A stretch of 64,000 nt of DNA from Laetmonice hystrix (lineage: Eukaryota). Made by a program: the position numbers and the translations under genes. A model generated the notes under the pieces. The model did not search any database. It was not told where the DNA came from and saw only the letters and a list, made by a program, of their open reading frames with translations. Where the stretch lies: positions 18,352,001 through 18,416,000 of the forward strand of contig OZ249440.1 in NCBI GenBank assembly GCA_965235115.1. Direction: 5' to 3'. Every line of letters starts with the position of its first letter. Position 1 is the stretch's first letter. Shown here piece by piece: positions 10,201 to 20,767 of this stretch.

Positions 10201-12496
10201 ATTGGCGACGCCCCTGTGTATGCTTTGCATTGTAAAGAGGAAACTTCCTCTGGGAATGTCGCAGATTTGTTCCTTCTTGATAAGGAGTGTTTTTAATACC
10301 CTGGCGAGAGTAAAGACTCCGGACGGGTGAGGAATTATTAACGTAGCCTGGCAGGCTGTGAATCCCTGCAGAAAACGACTGAGACATATATGAAGGGGGA
10401 TTGTATGAGAACGGTTGAAGAGGCTTGTTTACCTGAACCGTCGGGTTTGAGAAACTGAAAGTTTTTGCTGATGGCATGTGCTGTTGTTGATAATATGGAT
10501 TATCTAACTGTTTTCTACCACCAAGAATTCTCTTGTACAGCTCCAGTTGATTGAACATAGTCTTATCGATCGACCCACTCTCCTCTTGATTAGCCTGACC
10601 CCATGAATTATAAAAAGATTGTTTAATGTCGCTTACAGAAGATCCCAAGTTAAACTCAGGTGAAGGCGTATAGTGGTATGTGTCCATAAGGTTACCAACC
10701 TTTCCACTTGAGAGTTTGTTGTCTGGGTTACCTTCTCCTGAGAGAATCCCCATCTCCCAATTTCTCATGTCCTCGTCAGCCTCCTCTTTCAGTTTGGAAA
10801 AGTGTGCCTCATTAGCCAGATTTTCCAGTGAGAAATGGTCGGATTTGAGCGGAGCAGGGGTGCTCACTCCTTTCACAAGAGGAGGTGCGACGATTTGCGG
10901 CGGTAGGTGGCCCTTGGATAGAGAAAAGACGGGCCCTGAACCCATGCTTGGCTCTCCGGGATAAAACCTCGAGCCGGGCATCCTCATGGTTGTCGGTGCT
11001 CGCTGTGTCAGTTGTTGGCGTGCTTTGGCAGCGAGCGGAATCCTCAGGTACCATGGTATAAGCACGCGTACAACAGTTTTCCTTCCCGTTGGGTCCTTGC
11101 GGGACAGTTCCACGTAAGGTTTGCCGCCTCTTGCCAGCTGCAGCTGTAGCCGCCGGAGGCGACTGTCATCATGTGAGGTGGCCGGGGGACGGGGCCTGGC
11201 CGTGTAACTGTCCATATTAATGGACCAATCCGGGAACAATCCACGGAATCCAGGTTTGCTCATCTCCTGTCGTGGAAGCTGGAGGGGTTCGAATGGGCTG
11301 GCACCCAAGGAAGGAACTCTGCTTTTAGTGACTACATTGGGGGACGAAAAGTACAGATGAGGCACAATACTGTAAGGCATTTTAACGAATGATGCAAGGA
11401 AACCTATTTTGCAAATTGGTTACGTATACGGATTGTATAAAGTATAAATTTAATTGGATTTTAACCTTGTATGTTCTTTCATTCTGTCATATGTCATGAG
11501 CATAAATTATTCACCATAATGAATTTGGCTACACGATTAATAATTGATTGCAGCTAAATTAATGGAATTGAACACATCCTCCTTTCTGTGTCATTGAATG
11601 ACATTTATAACGCACCCTAACAAGTGACACCGTACTGCTTCCTTTCACTTCCAAACCATACCCCTCATTATATTCATCTTCCTATCTATACCGGAAGTAC
11701 TGTTTCCGTACAATAATTGAAGATGGTGAGGAGACCAGAAGATAAATCAAGGTAAAGAAAACGTGAAGCAAACCTACAATACCTTGTTTTTGCCAACTGC
11801 CTATAGCGTTGATCCGTTGAATACAAGGTGATGGTGAGGATGCGTCACACTTTAACGCCACGCGGCTGAAGTAAGTACCAGTGGGGCAGCGCCTAGAAAA
11901 CGCCACCTGGTGCAGACATTCTATGTAGAACAGACATCCTCTCCTGTCAGGTATATTTCCATTTGGTCGACCAAGACATGGATTACTTGTGTCTGCATGT
12001 AGAAACAAGAGTTTTCAAATCAGGGACAGACAGTACTATAGTGCGTTTCATGCATATACAATGTACATTGTACAATATAATGATCAATGATTCATGATGT
12101 TGGAAAGGCCCGCGGTGGAAAGAATAGTTATCAAACCATCAATCTGATCAGAAAAAGATAATATTTAATGCATTACTATATGAATGCGGAGGTATCAAAC
12201 ATACTCAGACGTGGAGAGCGACTGTCTCCTGATTCGTATACTCTACAGTTCTTCAATCAAATCTCCTTGGGCCTATAATGTGTATTACAATCATCGACGT
12301 GCCACATCTTTATTCAAATGGATCAAAAGAACATGTAATTATTTCTCACCGCTACACGATTCAGCTGAGTAAAGGAGGCCAAGCATGATAAATCAAACCT
12401 TGAATGGTTTCCGCCAGCTGGGGAAGAAGGCCAACGAAAACCAACAGAAGTAGACGATGAATCCAGGGTGGATGGACACTGACCGCACCGCCGGAG
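1251..12496 (-). CDS. Giant secreted/anchored animal heme peroxidase (peroxidase-cyclooxygenase superfamily) with N-terminal chitin-binding domain and ~1,680-aa low-complexity spacer; 3' part lies outside the window
   Basis: Eight exons with AG/GT boundaries that join in a consistent phase: 12496-12399 (SSGGAVSVHPPWIHRLLLLVFVGLLPQLAETIQ), 11992-11783 (ChtBD2), 11331-6301 (giant exon), 5882-5796 (GGGHGTLRRAVNIVYQRIRIEAGVARKMH), 5512-5392 (NVIDSAPYRYVSAFLYAKPYAKYLSYAGATILQATRILKER), 4812-4675 (YRGHPP...EIDFCPYPTHYICDSHHK), 2481-2381 (YRTIDGSCNNLVEPLWGRSMTPHRRLVPAVYGD), 1439-1251 (GIDSMRHSVLGGPLPGPRHVS...LMIWGQFIDHDLTRT). YRTIDGSCNNL and WGQFIDHD (distal His motif) are hallmark animal peroxidase motifs. 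Start codon not established. Confidence 0.85.
1596..1735. repeat. 35-bp tandem repeat x4, a degenerate derivative of the peroxidase exon-end sequence
   Basis: Unit gcaaaccttacacggtcgatacaaggcgccggaag at 1596, 1631, 1666, 1701; resembles ccatacacggctggtacaaggcgccgg of exon 2381-2481. Confidence 0.9.
1736..2380 (-). repeat. Intronic array of exon-end + 5' splice-site cassettes separated by (GGA)n tracts
   Basis: On the minus strand ...CTTGTACCAGCCGTGTATGGTGACG|GTAAGTGTAATACCAACACTTC recurs with donor junctions at 2260, 2116, 1980 and 1841, downstream of the true donor at 2381. Confidence 0.9.
2513..2942. repeat. Near-perfect 215-bp direct tandem duplication (2 copies)
   Basis: gaaatcgtctcattcgggttggg...ccaaagttttttt(t)aac starts at 2513 and again at 2728. 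Confidence 0.9.
3752..4735 (-). repeat. 75/81-bp tandem array (13 units) made of a peroxidase exon 3' end plus its splice donor
   Basis: Unit (minus) GATATTGACTTCTGTCCATACCCAACCCACTACATCTGTGACAGCCATCACAA|GTATGTACCATAGGTTTCCTCC. The highest-coordinate unit is the real exon end (donor at 4675). Unit count taken from the 349-aa antisense ORF (11x25 + 2x27 aa). Confidence 0.95.
6014..6300. repeat. ~33-bp tandem repeat (~8-9 copies) beginning at the donor of the giant exon
   Basis: Unit aaatatctacttatgctgtaaaatgtactgcct; on the minus strand it repeats the first ~33 nt of the intron (GTCAGTACGTTTTACAGCATCAGTAGATATTTA). Confidence 0.85.
6301..11331 (-). CDS. 5,031-nt coding exon: intrinsically disordered Ser/Gly/His/Tyr/Gln/Arg-rich spacer with furin-type sites
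   Basis: Uninterrupted 1,701-codon ORF (6275-11380) trimmed by acceptor cccaatgtag|TC at 11331 and donor TCAG|gtcagt at 6301. Length 2+1676x3+1 matches phase-1 neighbours on both sides. No Cys seen in the translation. Confidence 0.85.
6866..8872 (-). repeat. ~700-bp intra-exonic duplication (copies ~6866-7567 and ~8169-8872; ~233 aa each)
   Basis: LNSGKTSHSPVYS...PPDFDNFPYTFLPKHLTGPLFSGDSMGFSGFGG...EVQYDFTD(H/N)RVAS appears twice, nearly identical, with one 3-nt indel. Confidence 0.95.
11783..11992 (-). CDS. Exon encoding a peritrophin-A / chitin-binding type-2 (ChtBD2, CBM14) domain
   Basis: C-LGRPNGNIPDRRG-C-LFYIE-C-LHQVAFSRR-C-PTGTYFSRVALK-C-DASSPSP-C = C-x13-C-x5-C-x9-C-x12-C-x7-C, canonical spacing with aromatics in the expected positions; phase-1/phase-1 exon (catgcag|AC ... 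CAAG|gtattg). Confidence 0.9.
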
Positions 12497-13877
12497 CTGT
12501 AACATTAGGACCACATCATCAGGACCACATCATACATAGCAGATTATGACACATCATCAGCATCCAGGACTCAGGTCCTTAGGACATAATTGTATTTTTT
12601 GACTATTTAATAATGGAAGCCCTGGCGTTTGGTATCCAGCCATGCTGTACTCGTGACATCGTGATGTGGTATTAATGATGGTGGTCTACGAGTTGTCTCT
12701 CGTCAATGTACTACATGTCGTTCTTTTCATGACAAGAATTTTGTAACCTGAGTGAACATAGGGAAGCTGTTTTGGTGGTCCGCCACCTGGAGGACTCTGG
12801 GCGTCTCCTGGGGAATGTTCGGAGTGATTATTATGGCAGGCAAACTGATGGAGGACAACCCGGCTCAACTTGTGAATTATGTTTACTGTTCACGGTGCCT
12901 GCGCCAGGGTGTGACAGGCATCCTCGTGGGCAGTCGGAACATTAAAATTGGCCATGCACCGTATGAGTTCCTTTGATTACTGCATGATGTCCTGAATGCA
13001 ATCCGAACAGCGCAATAAAAGTCAGTTACATGGCGAGGAGAACTTGTTTCATATATGATGTGCTTATTAAGAAGCCTTTTGACAGTGGTTATATAAGGTG
13101 TGTGCCTTTACGTCTAAAGGTTAAACTTCAACGCCGAAAAACTCCTAGAAACATGAGCTAAAATGAAACGTATTCACCCCACATTTTTAGCTGAGCATTT
13201 TCAGGGCTTCACGGAATCTACCGGAGTTCCGTTAATATTTTCTGGACGTACCATGATCGTCTACTCACAAGACTCCTATAACTTTCTGTCTCTATCCTTA
13301 TACTTAAAAACAAGGACCATAATCCTAGAAAGAACCCAATGTCCTGTTGAAACGCATTCCCACCGTCCTGGACAGTGAGTATATAGTTTGGGAAAATATC
13401 GTAGTGATCAAGGAGTGATGGTCGTTAAACAGAACCGAGCCTTGTTACAATGTGTGCGACAGATGTCGGTCTGGCGGGATCAGTCAGCATTATTTAGTCG
13501 TCAGTCTGCCTTACAAAGAATGTGATATGAGGAGTTGTGATACTTGCTATTTTAGGGAACCAGGGTTCATTACCATTCATGAGGTCCATAACCATAAATA
13601 AACAAAACACTATGCACATATTCAAACTAAAAGATGCCTTTCAGTATCACAGCCATTGTACCTGTTTATAACGTACAATAATTATTATGTAGTTCAATGT
13701 TCCCACTTACCGAACCCACAGGCCCATTGTTGGACAAATCAGCAATTGGTCCGTGGAGATCTTCTCAACGCTGGCAAAACGGGGCTCGTTGGAAGGACGT
13801 CAACTGCTCGAATCATGTGTTGTAGACATTCTCCCGATCGGCCTACAATAAGATAGTCGGGAGTTTTAATCTACCTA

Positions 13878-13978
13878 ATCGGTAGCCTTACTGATCCAAT
13901 CGGTCACCTTACTGATTCAATCGGTCACCTTACTGATCCAATCGGTCACCTTACTGATCCAATCGGTCACCTTATTGA
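13878..13978. repeat. 21-bp minisatellite, ~5 copies
   Basis: Unit aatcggtcaccttactgatcc. Confidence 0.85.
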
Positions 13979-15512
13979 GATAAGGACGGGACAACCACAG
14001 CAAGGCTGGCCTTTATACGTCACCGCCCTACTCGGGTATTTGTAGCTCACCGAATGTCCGGCGTGTGGCTGCGATGTGACTAGACTTCTCTGACAGGCAC
14101 GGTATTCACGCGAGCAGTATATCCGGTTTAAAACTTAATTCAAACCAGTAAAAGATTGGAGCGTCAACTAAAAAACAGCTGCAAACAAGTGCTCGTCCAT
14201 AACGTATGTGTCCTCGCCATTCTATAAGTATCCACACGTGGCTGAATTTACAAATGCGGGCCTTGGTCTCATCGTGGTGTATGTTTGCGGTTGTTTAAAG
14301 TACTCCAATGTGTCAGCTGACCGTCAATCAACAATATGTCACTCCCGCCTCAAGGCATCAGGGAAGGAGGACCACGTGATGTTAGCGCCTGCGTGCTAGG
14401 CTGGGCACCACGCCCGTGCCCCGGGACCCGTAGGGATGGCCTCTGTGTGAAACTGGCCGCCACCTAAACTCTGCCAACGTGGTCACAGGTGCGCCTAATG
14501 TCGAGATTCTACTCGAGTCGACTCCAGGCCTGGACACCAATAACTCCGTTAATGTCCTCAATCATGAAGAACCTCTCTTAAAACTCTCATGTCTACAGAT
14601 CAAAGTTTGGCCTAATTGACCGAGTATGCATGTTCCTACGGATGTTTTTAGTGAGATATAGATGGATCCTATAGATAAAAATATGCACACACACCAGGCT
14701 TACCCCAGTTAACTTTTCGAATGTTTCCCCTTTGAACGTATGACCGTATGTAGGCCTTAATGTGTACACATTTACGTCTAGGTACGTTTCTATATCATAT
14801 TATATAGGTCTATTGGTCCTTAATGTCAGAGTTCATCATTTACGCATATATAATTCGTTGACCGTGATTTTCGAAGTTACTCCGTTGGTAAATGACTGAG
14901 CGTACGTTTTTTAGACGGCCCAGGAAGTCGATGTGTTGTAATGGCTATAAACATACCCATGATTGTACGACTATACCTGCCCTAGACGTTCGCATGTTGC
15001 ATTAGCTTAGTCATATAAACACGACATTCTCATTAGTCCCAGACTCTTCCCACTGTTTCCAAATGATATATTTACGAACCTAATAAATTATCGTTTCATC
15101 AAATTCGAATACTGGCGTCACATATGCACGTAAAAGTTTCATGTCCCAGGTGGCAGGAGCAGTAAAATAGGCATATACGACATGGACTTTTTATCGATGT
15201 TAGTCTGTAGGGGTGGTGGGATGCTCGGTAGGGAGTTGGCTAAACAGATTGATTATGCCCGTGAGAGCATCTGACTGCGAAAAATGGCAAGGATGGCCGG
15301 GGGCGTTGGGTATGGTGTGCGTTTCATATCATGTTTTATATATAGGTTAGTCTAGCTGTAAAACAAAATTAGATAATAATTGGGAGGCATTTGCCCATCC
15401 CGCAGTCATGATGCTTGCCTCTATTTGCCACCCCCCCCCCTCCCAGTTTGGAAATCCTGGTTCTTGCAGTAATCACAGCTTGGCCCTGCAGTGGCGCATG
15501 GAGGAATGTAGG

Positions 15513-17046
15513 CTATGACGCGGAATTAGGGCCAAAACCGGGCGGAATTGACGCGCGGAACAATGAGGGCCGCGCGCCAATTTGTACCTCGGCGCGATCG
15601 TTTGTACCTCCGCGCGGACGTTTTCAATCAGGGTTTCCGCGCGGGGTATAATTTCCATTGTCTGGCACGTGTCAGGCACGTAGTCGTCATGGTAAACAAT
15701 CGTCACAATAGTATTGTCAATTGTGACGGGTACAATGCCTACAAATCCCAACCGAGTCGAATAATCAATCAACAAGGTCTGCATTACTTCAGTGTATCTT
15801 GCACATTTATTTTGTTGTCACAATTATCCAACACCTCCGTCTTCTATTATCATACATTATTGCAACCACTTGTGGACCTCACGTGTTTGTTTACAACTGA
15901 TGGGTGCGGATGTATAGACCTATAAGTAAAGAGAAGTGTAACTATATAAGTTACGGACCTCCTTACGTAGGCCTACCCCCGGCATAGGGCCTAAGTACCG
16001 GCCGATGATCCATATATAGTCTCAATCACATAAGTGGGACAGCATCATTTTCTTCTTCGTTTTTATTATTTACCCTTAAAAAACCTCCATGTCCAGGCAC
16101 GTAGCCAGGATTGTGCTTGGGGGGGGGGGGGGGGGTCCATCAGGACAAGAGGGCTGCCCGGGGGCTACCTGTGTTTTTGCACCAGTGGACCTGGGGACCG
16201 GAGGGGCCGGGGGGGGGTCCCGGAACCCCTGGAACCCCCCCCCCCCTGGGTACGTGCCTGATGTCCGTCCGGCCCACATTTCCCTAGACTAGTCCGAGTG
16301 ATGACGTGCTTCCAACGTCAATTAGGCCTACACTTTACACAGTAGGCCTACAGTCTACACAGGATAGGCCAGCTTCGGACTGACGTGTTATTCCTGGGCA
16401 TGTCTATGTCTCTGTACTTGCCTGGGCAAAAGTTACAGAAAAATTCTACCCTAAGACCTAGGCCTGACGTCACGACTCTCGTTTCTAAGCACCCGCAGCC
16501 AGAACTGGCAGAAGTAGGCCCTCTATTATACAGTTGGCTGACACAAAAAACAATGCATTGTAAACCGCAAAGCAACGCAACGCCGTGATATCACTCTTTG
16601 ATATCTTTTGACTCTGTATCTCCGCGTGGCTGTAACACAAAGGGCGTGTTTGTTTCACGCGCAGGTTCCGCGGACCCGGATCGCGACCACTGACCTAATT
16701 TACACGCCCAAACAAACGCTACTGCACCCAACCCGGCTCACTCTCAGTGAACCGACGGAAACAAACGGCCAGGTCAGTGATCGCGATCAGTTTCCGTTTG
16801 AACTGATCGTCCGCCATTTTGGATCCCGGGCTGACCCACCTCGCCAGAAGGATCAGCGGGTCCCGGATCCCGATCATTGAACCAACGAAAACAAACGGCC
16901 AGGTCAACGATCGCGGTCAAGTTCACGGAACCAGTGCGTGAAACAAACACGGCTGCAACCTGTTTGGTTGAAAACGTCCGCGCGGACGTACAAACTGGCG
17001 CGCGGCGTCAATTCCGCGCGGTTTTGACCCTGATTCCGCGTCATAG
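15513..17046. mobile_element. ~1.5-kb non-autonomous DNA transposon/foldback with long imperfect TIRs
   Basis: Left ctatgacgcggaattagggccaaaaccgggcggaattgacgc...ccgcgcggacgttttcaatc matches the reverse complement of the right end (gttgaaaacgtccgcgcgg...gcgtcaattccgcgcggttttgaccctgattccgcgtcatag); possible TA flanks; no transposase ORF. Confidence 0.7.
16094..16260. mobile_element. 167-bp MITE with CAG...CTG termini and 5-bp TSD (ATGTC)
   Basis: TIRs caggcacgtagccagg / cctgggtacgtgcctg; ATGTC at 16089-16093 and 16261-16265; poly-G in left arm, poly-C in right arm. Confidence 0.85.
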
Positions 17047-17201
17047 TCATGCATACGCTTACCGCGTGTAGCATGCACGCCTAGATGGCAACTTTACGTT
17101 TGCATGTTGTAATTCTACAGGCATATTTGCTACACAATTTATTTTGGTCTCTTAAATTATCATAATAGGGGCCTACTATCTTTTATATTGTCTGGTATCA
17201 C

Positions 17202-17357
17202 NNNNNNNNNNNNNNNNNNNNNNNNNNNNNNNNNNNNNNNNNNNNNNNNNNNNNNNNNNNNNNNNNNNNNNNNNNNNNNNNNNNNNNNNNNNNNNNNNNN
17301 NNNNNNNNNNNNNNNNNNNNNNNNNNNNNNNNNNNNNNNNNNNNNNNNNNNNNNNNN
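17202..17357. other. Assembly gap (156 N)
   Basis: Run of N. Confidence 1.
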
Positions 17358-17442
17358 AATGTTGTTTCCCGGCTCTCTCTCAGTGTAACCGTAATGTTTT
17401 TTCCCGGCTCTCTCTCAGTGTAACCGTAATGTTGTTTCCCGG

Positions 17443-17530
<88 letters not shown>

Positions 17531-17560
17531 GTAACCGTAATGTTGCGTCCCGGCTCTCTG

Positions 17561-17629
<69 letters not shown>

Positions 17630-17690
17630 GTAACCGTAATGTTGTTTCCCGGCTCTCTCTCTCAGTGTAACCGTCATGCTGTTTCCCGGG
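17358..17690. repeat. Minisatellite aatgttgtttcccggctctctctcagtgtaaccgt with internal (CT)n expansions
   Basis: About 5 units next to the gap; the CT tract varies from ~4 to >35 dinucleotides between units. Confidence 0.9.
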
Positions 17691-18520
17691 TTGGCCTTCA
17701 ACAAAGTACGAAGGTTGGGGGGGGGGGGGGGGCGTAGAATTCCCAAATCACCGTGTAATATATACGTCCTAATGCCCTTTTTATGTGGTTCTTCTGTAGT
17801 CCTCACGCTCCTTTTTAACGAGAACATTCCTTCAGGTGGACGCAATTGGTAAACGCAAGCCTGAGCTTTTCCCTTTTGTGAATGTTCTAAAATTGCTAAA
17901 GTATGCATCAACATTCAGAATTACCCCTCGGGAGGATGTGGGAATAAATATGAGATCCACCAACCAGAGCTGTGGATCAAATCACTGCCGTATAATTATG
18001 AGCGCTTAGGAGCCTGTAGTATGGACATTTATAATATAGCCTTAAGTCGACATAAATAATTCAAAACAGTGTGATACTCTGCCCCAAGATTGACTTGAAG
18101 CTATAATCACATTGTGCCTTTCTTCAATATGATTGTATTACATGTGCTGTATGTTTTTTACTTCTTCAGGCATAGGCCTACAGTAGGCTATAGTTTGTAT
18201 TACAAGTGGGCCTAATTATACGGTAGATTACGGTGTGAAATATAACATGGAACCTACTAAGTCCTGATGTTTAGATTTGTTCCTTTATTGAATTACGGAA
18301 GACTGGTTTACAAATCTCCTCTCCCAAAAATGGCTGTCACATCATTATGGCAGATATGAAAGACTTTTACATTGATAAAGTTCCTCGACTCTAACATTAT
18401 GGCAGATATGAAAAACTTTTATATTGATAAAATTCCTCAACTCTAAAAAGTTCTATGCGCCGATCTGTGCATGCGCTGCACTGAAGCCGACGTTACTGGC
18501 AACTTCCGGTGGGAAAGTTC

Positions 18521-18927
18521 ATCCCAGGCTGAAATCCTGTAGGGTTATACCTGAATTATCCCAGGCTGAAATCCTGTAGGGTTATACCTGAATTATCCCA
18601 GGCTGAAATCCTGTATGGTTATACCTGAATCATCCCAGGCTGAAATCCTGTAGGGTTATACCTGAATTATCCCAGGCTGAAATCCTGTAGGGTTATACCT
18701 GAATCATCCCAGGCTGAAATCCTGTAGGGTTATACCTGAATTATCCCAGGCTGAAATCCTGTATTGTTATACCTGAATCATCCCTGGCTGAAATCCTGTA
18801 GGGTTATACCTGAATCATCCCAGGCTGAAATCCTGTAGGGTTATACCTGAATTATCTCAGGCTGAAATCCTGTATGGTTATACCTGAATCATCCCAGGCT
18901 GAAATCCTGTAGGGTTATACCTGAATC
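18521..18927. repeat. 37-bp tandem repeat, ~11 copies
   Basis: Unit atcccaggctgaaatcctgtagggttatacctgaat(t/c); the minus strand of each unit contains TTCAG|GTATAA. Confidence 0.95.
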
Positions 18928-19015
18928 GAGATTGGGCAATTAGAGAATTCTCCGATCCACATACAGATGTAGTGTTGCCTCTCTTCCTTCTTTCGTCACT
19001 GTTTAGCCTGAACAT
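18921..19015 (-). CDS. Candidate first coding exon of the peroxidase gene (MFRLNSDERRKRGNTTSVCGSENSLIAQSRFS)
   Basis: ATG at 19015, open frame to donor TTCAG|gtataa at 18921. It ends in phase 2, which is what the 12496 exon needs. No in-frame ATG was found closer. A phase match alone is a 1-in-3 coincidence. Confidence 0.3.
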
Positions 19016-19499
19016 ATCCGCCGTCCTCAAGCAATGACCGTTTAGCAGTGTTTAGGGACCAAACGGCAGTCAGTGGGAACCAGTCGGTTTGACCAGCCGC
19101 TGAATAGTTGATACTGGACCGGATCGGTCTACAATAGGCCTACCAGCCTGTTATATGCTTACGTTATAGGCCTACGTCTACGTTATGATCTTACTAAAAT
19201 CATTTTAAATAACACACGCTTTATACATGCGTATTCTTGGTGTGGAAATGCACAATCAGTAAGCAGAATTGCACGCACCTGCAGATCTACCCAGTAAAAA
19301 ACAGAAAACAGGAGACCCCCCCCCCCCCCCGACCTCCTTGCACTCACTCATCTTTACCGAGTCTGTGTCTCTCGTAGACGGAGTATCGTCCCAGTAGGGA
19401 CGGACGGCGTTAACGCGAAAAACCCTACCTCCTATGTCAATCACTCGCTGTGCAAAATCCATCGTAACTGCCAGTTGAGGTGTCAATTCTAACGCAGCC

Positions 19500-19870
19500 C
19501 ATCTTCTGTTCCTCGGCTGCACACTTTTCCGCGGATTTTTGCCCAAAGTTTTAATAAATCAGACTTTCGAAATTCCGAATCGCGCTGGTTCACTGCCGTT
19601 AGCCGCCATACTGTTTGTTCTACTGCGCATGTTCAAAACATGCGCACTGGCGACCAGCAGGGGAGCATTCATTATTCTAGACCAAACAGCAATTCCTCCA
19701 TTATGGCGCCAAACTAATAGCCAACGTTTGAAATGACTGCTCCCTTCGTGACCTTGACCCCGGATGTGGGTTTAAAAAAATGGCGCCGGTTGTAAGACTA
19801 TGGAAAGTGGTCGCTTGGTTTGGAAAATGGGCCGAATCTGTTGCTTAGAGGAACACCAAGTAAGTTCATT
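19500..19870. promoter_or_regulatory. CpG-rich, housekeeping-type promoter-like region with a plus-strand first-exon donor
   Basis: NRF1-like TGCGCATG / CATGCGCA (~19624-19647), YY1-like AAAATGGCG (~19777) and CCGCCAT, donor CAAG|gtaagt at 19859/19860, and a minus-strand donor GA|gtgagt near 19345. Target genes not identified. Confidence 0.45.
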
Positions 19871-20767
19871 GGGCTCAGTAGCTGAAGGTAAAGGCAATCT
19901 TTTATTTGAAGTGATGGAAGAGGTGCGGGTGCACATTCAATCTGCGGGTTGAACGTTTGTTCTCGTAGCCGTTCGCTAGACGATAGGCCGTACGTACACG
20001 GCCTATGTGAGAGGCTATGTCTCTCGATACTATCGCCTTCAGCCTCCAGGTTCCCAAACTATCTGCTTATATTATTTGATAATATAAGGTATACTAAAAT
20101 AAAGTAAGTGTTTTTAAAGATGACTCCGGATAGAGTTTCACTTTCTAAAGTCGGCCTCGCGGGCCATTTTAACATGGCCTTAAGCTTATCTCTAATTGGT
20201 GACCTTCAAGACAATGTTGTTATCTTCTACATCTAGGGGCTGAAACAGAGCAACCCGTAGATTACCTCCTTTAACACGGTCTGCCATGGTTCAGGCTCGG
20301 GTATACACAGTCTTCTCCCCATTATAAACATACAAAAGAGATGTCGTGCAAAATGTAAATAACCCTTTCCGTTTAATTTCAACTTACATATACTTTCAAA
20401 TTGTTTTTTGAATGTTTACGATCACGACGCAGTCGGAAGATGGCTTATGGAACATTAATTATGGTACGTGTGAAGTTTGTAAATGACACGCCATGAAAAA
20501 ATACTTTCATAGGCCTAACTGTCTTATATTACTATATTGGTGGTAAACACAATATGAAATTAGAATAAAAGTACGATAACTCAAAGTGGTGCGTCAAGAT
20601 ACTATGTGACAACCCGACATTACATGTTGTATAATGTGCGTTTCACTTCTCAATATGGCATCCCAGGGAGGCCGATCAACACCACAGTACTGCTAATGGG
20701 ACGCACGAACTCTGTATGGGCCTATATAATGAAATATATATTCCCAATAAAATCTTTAGTATTATTA

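Noticed and set aside
6314-10964. Short ORFs antisense to, or out of frame within, the giant exon
   Set aside because: Shadow ORFs of a long coding exon; duplicated ones simply follow the internal duplication.
17188-17914. ORFs with ERERER/SLSLSL runs and X stretches
   Set aside because: Translation of (CT)n microsatellite and the N gap.
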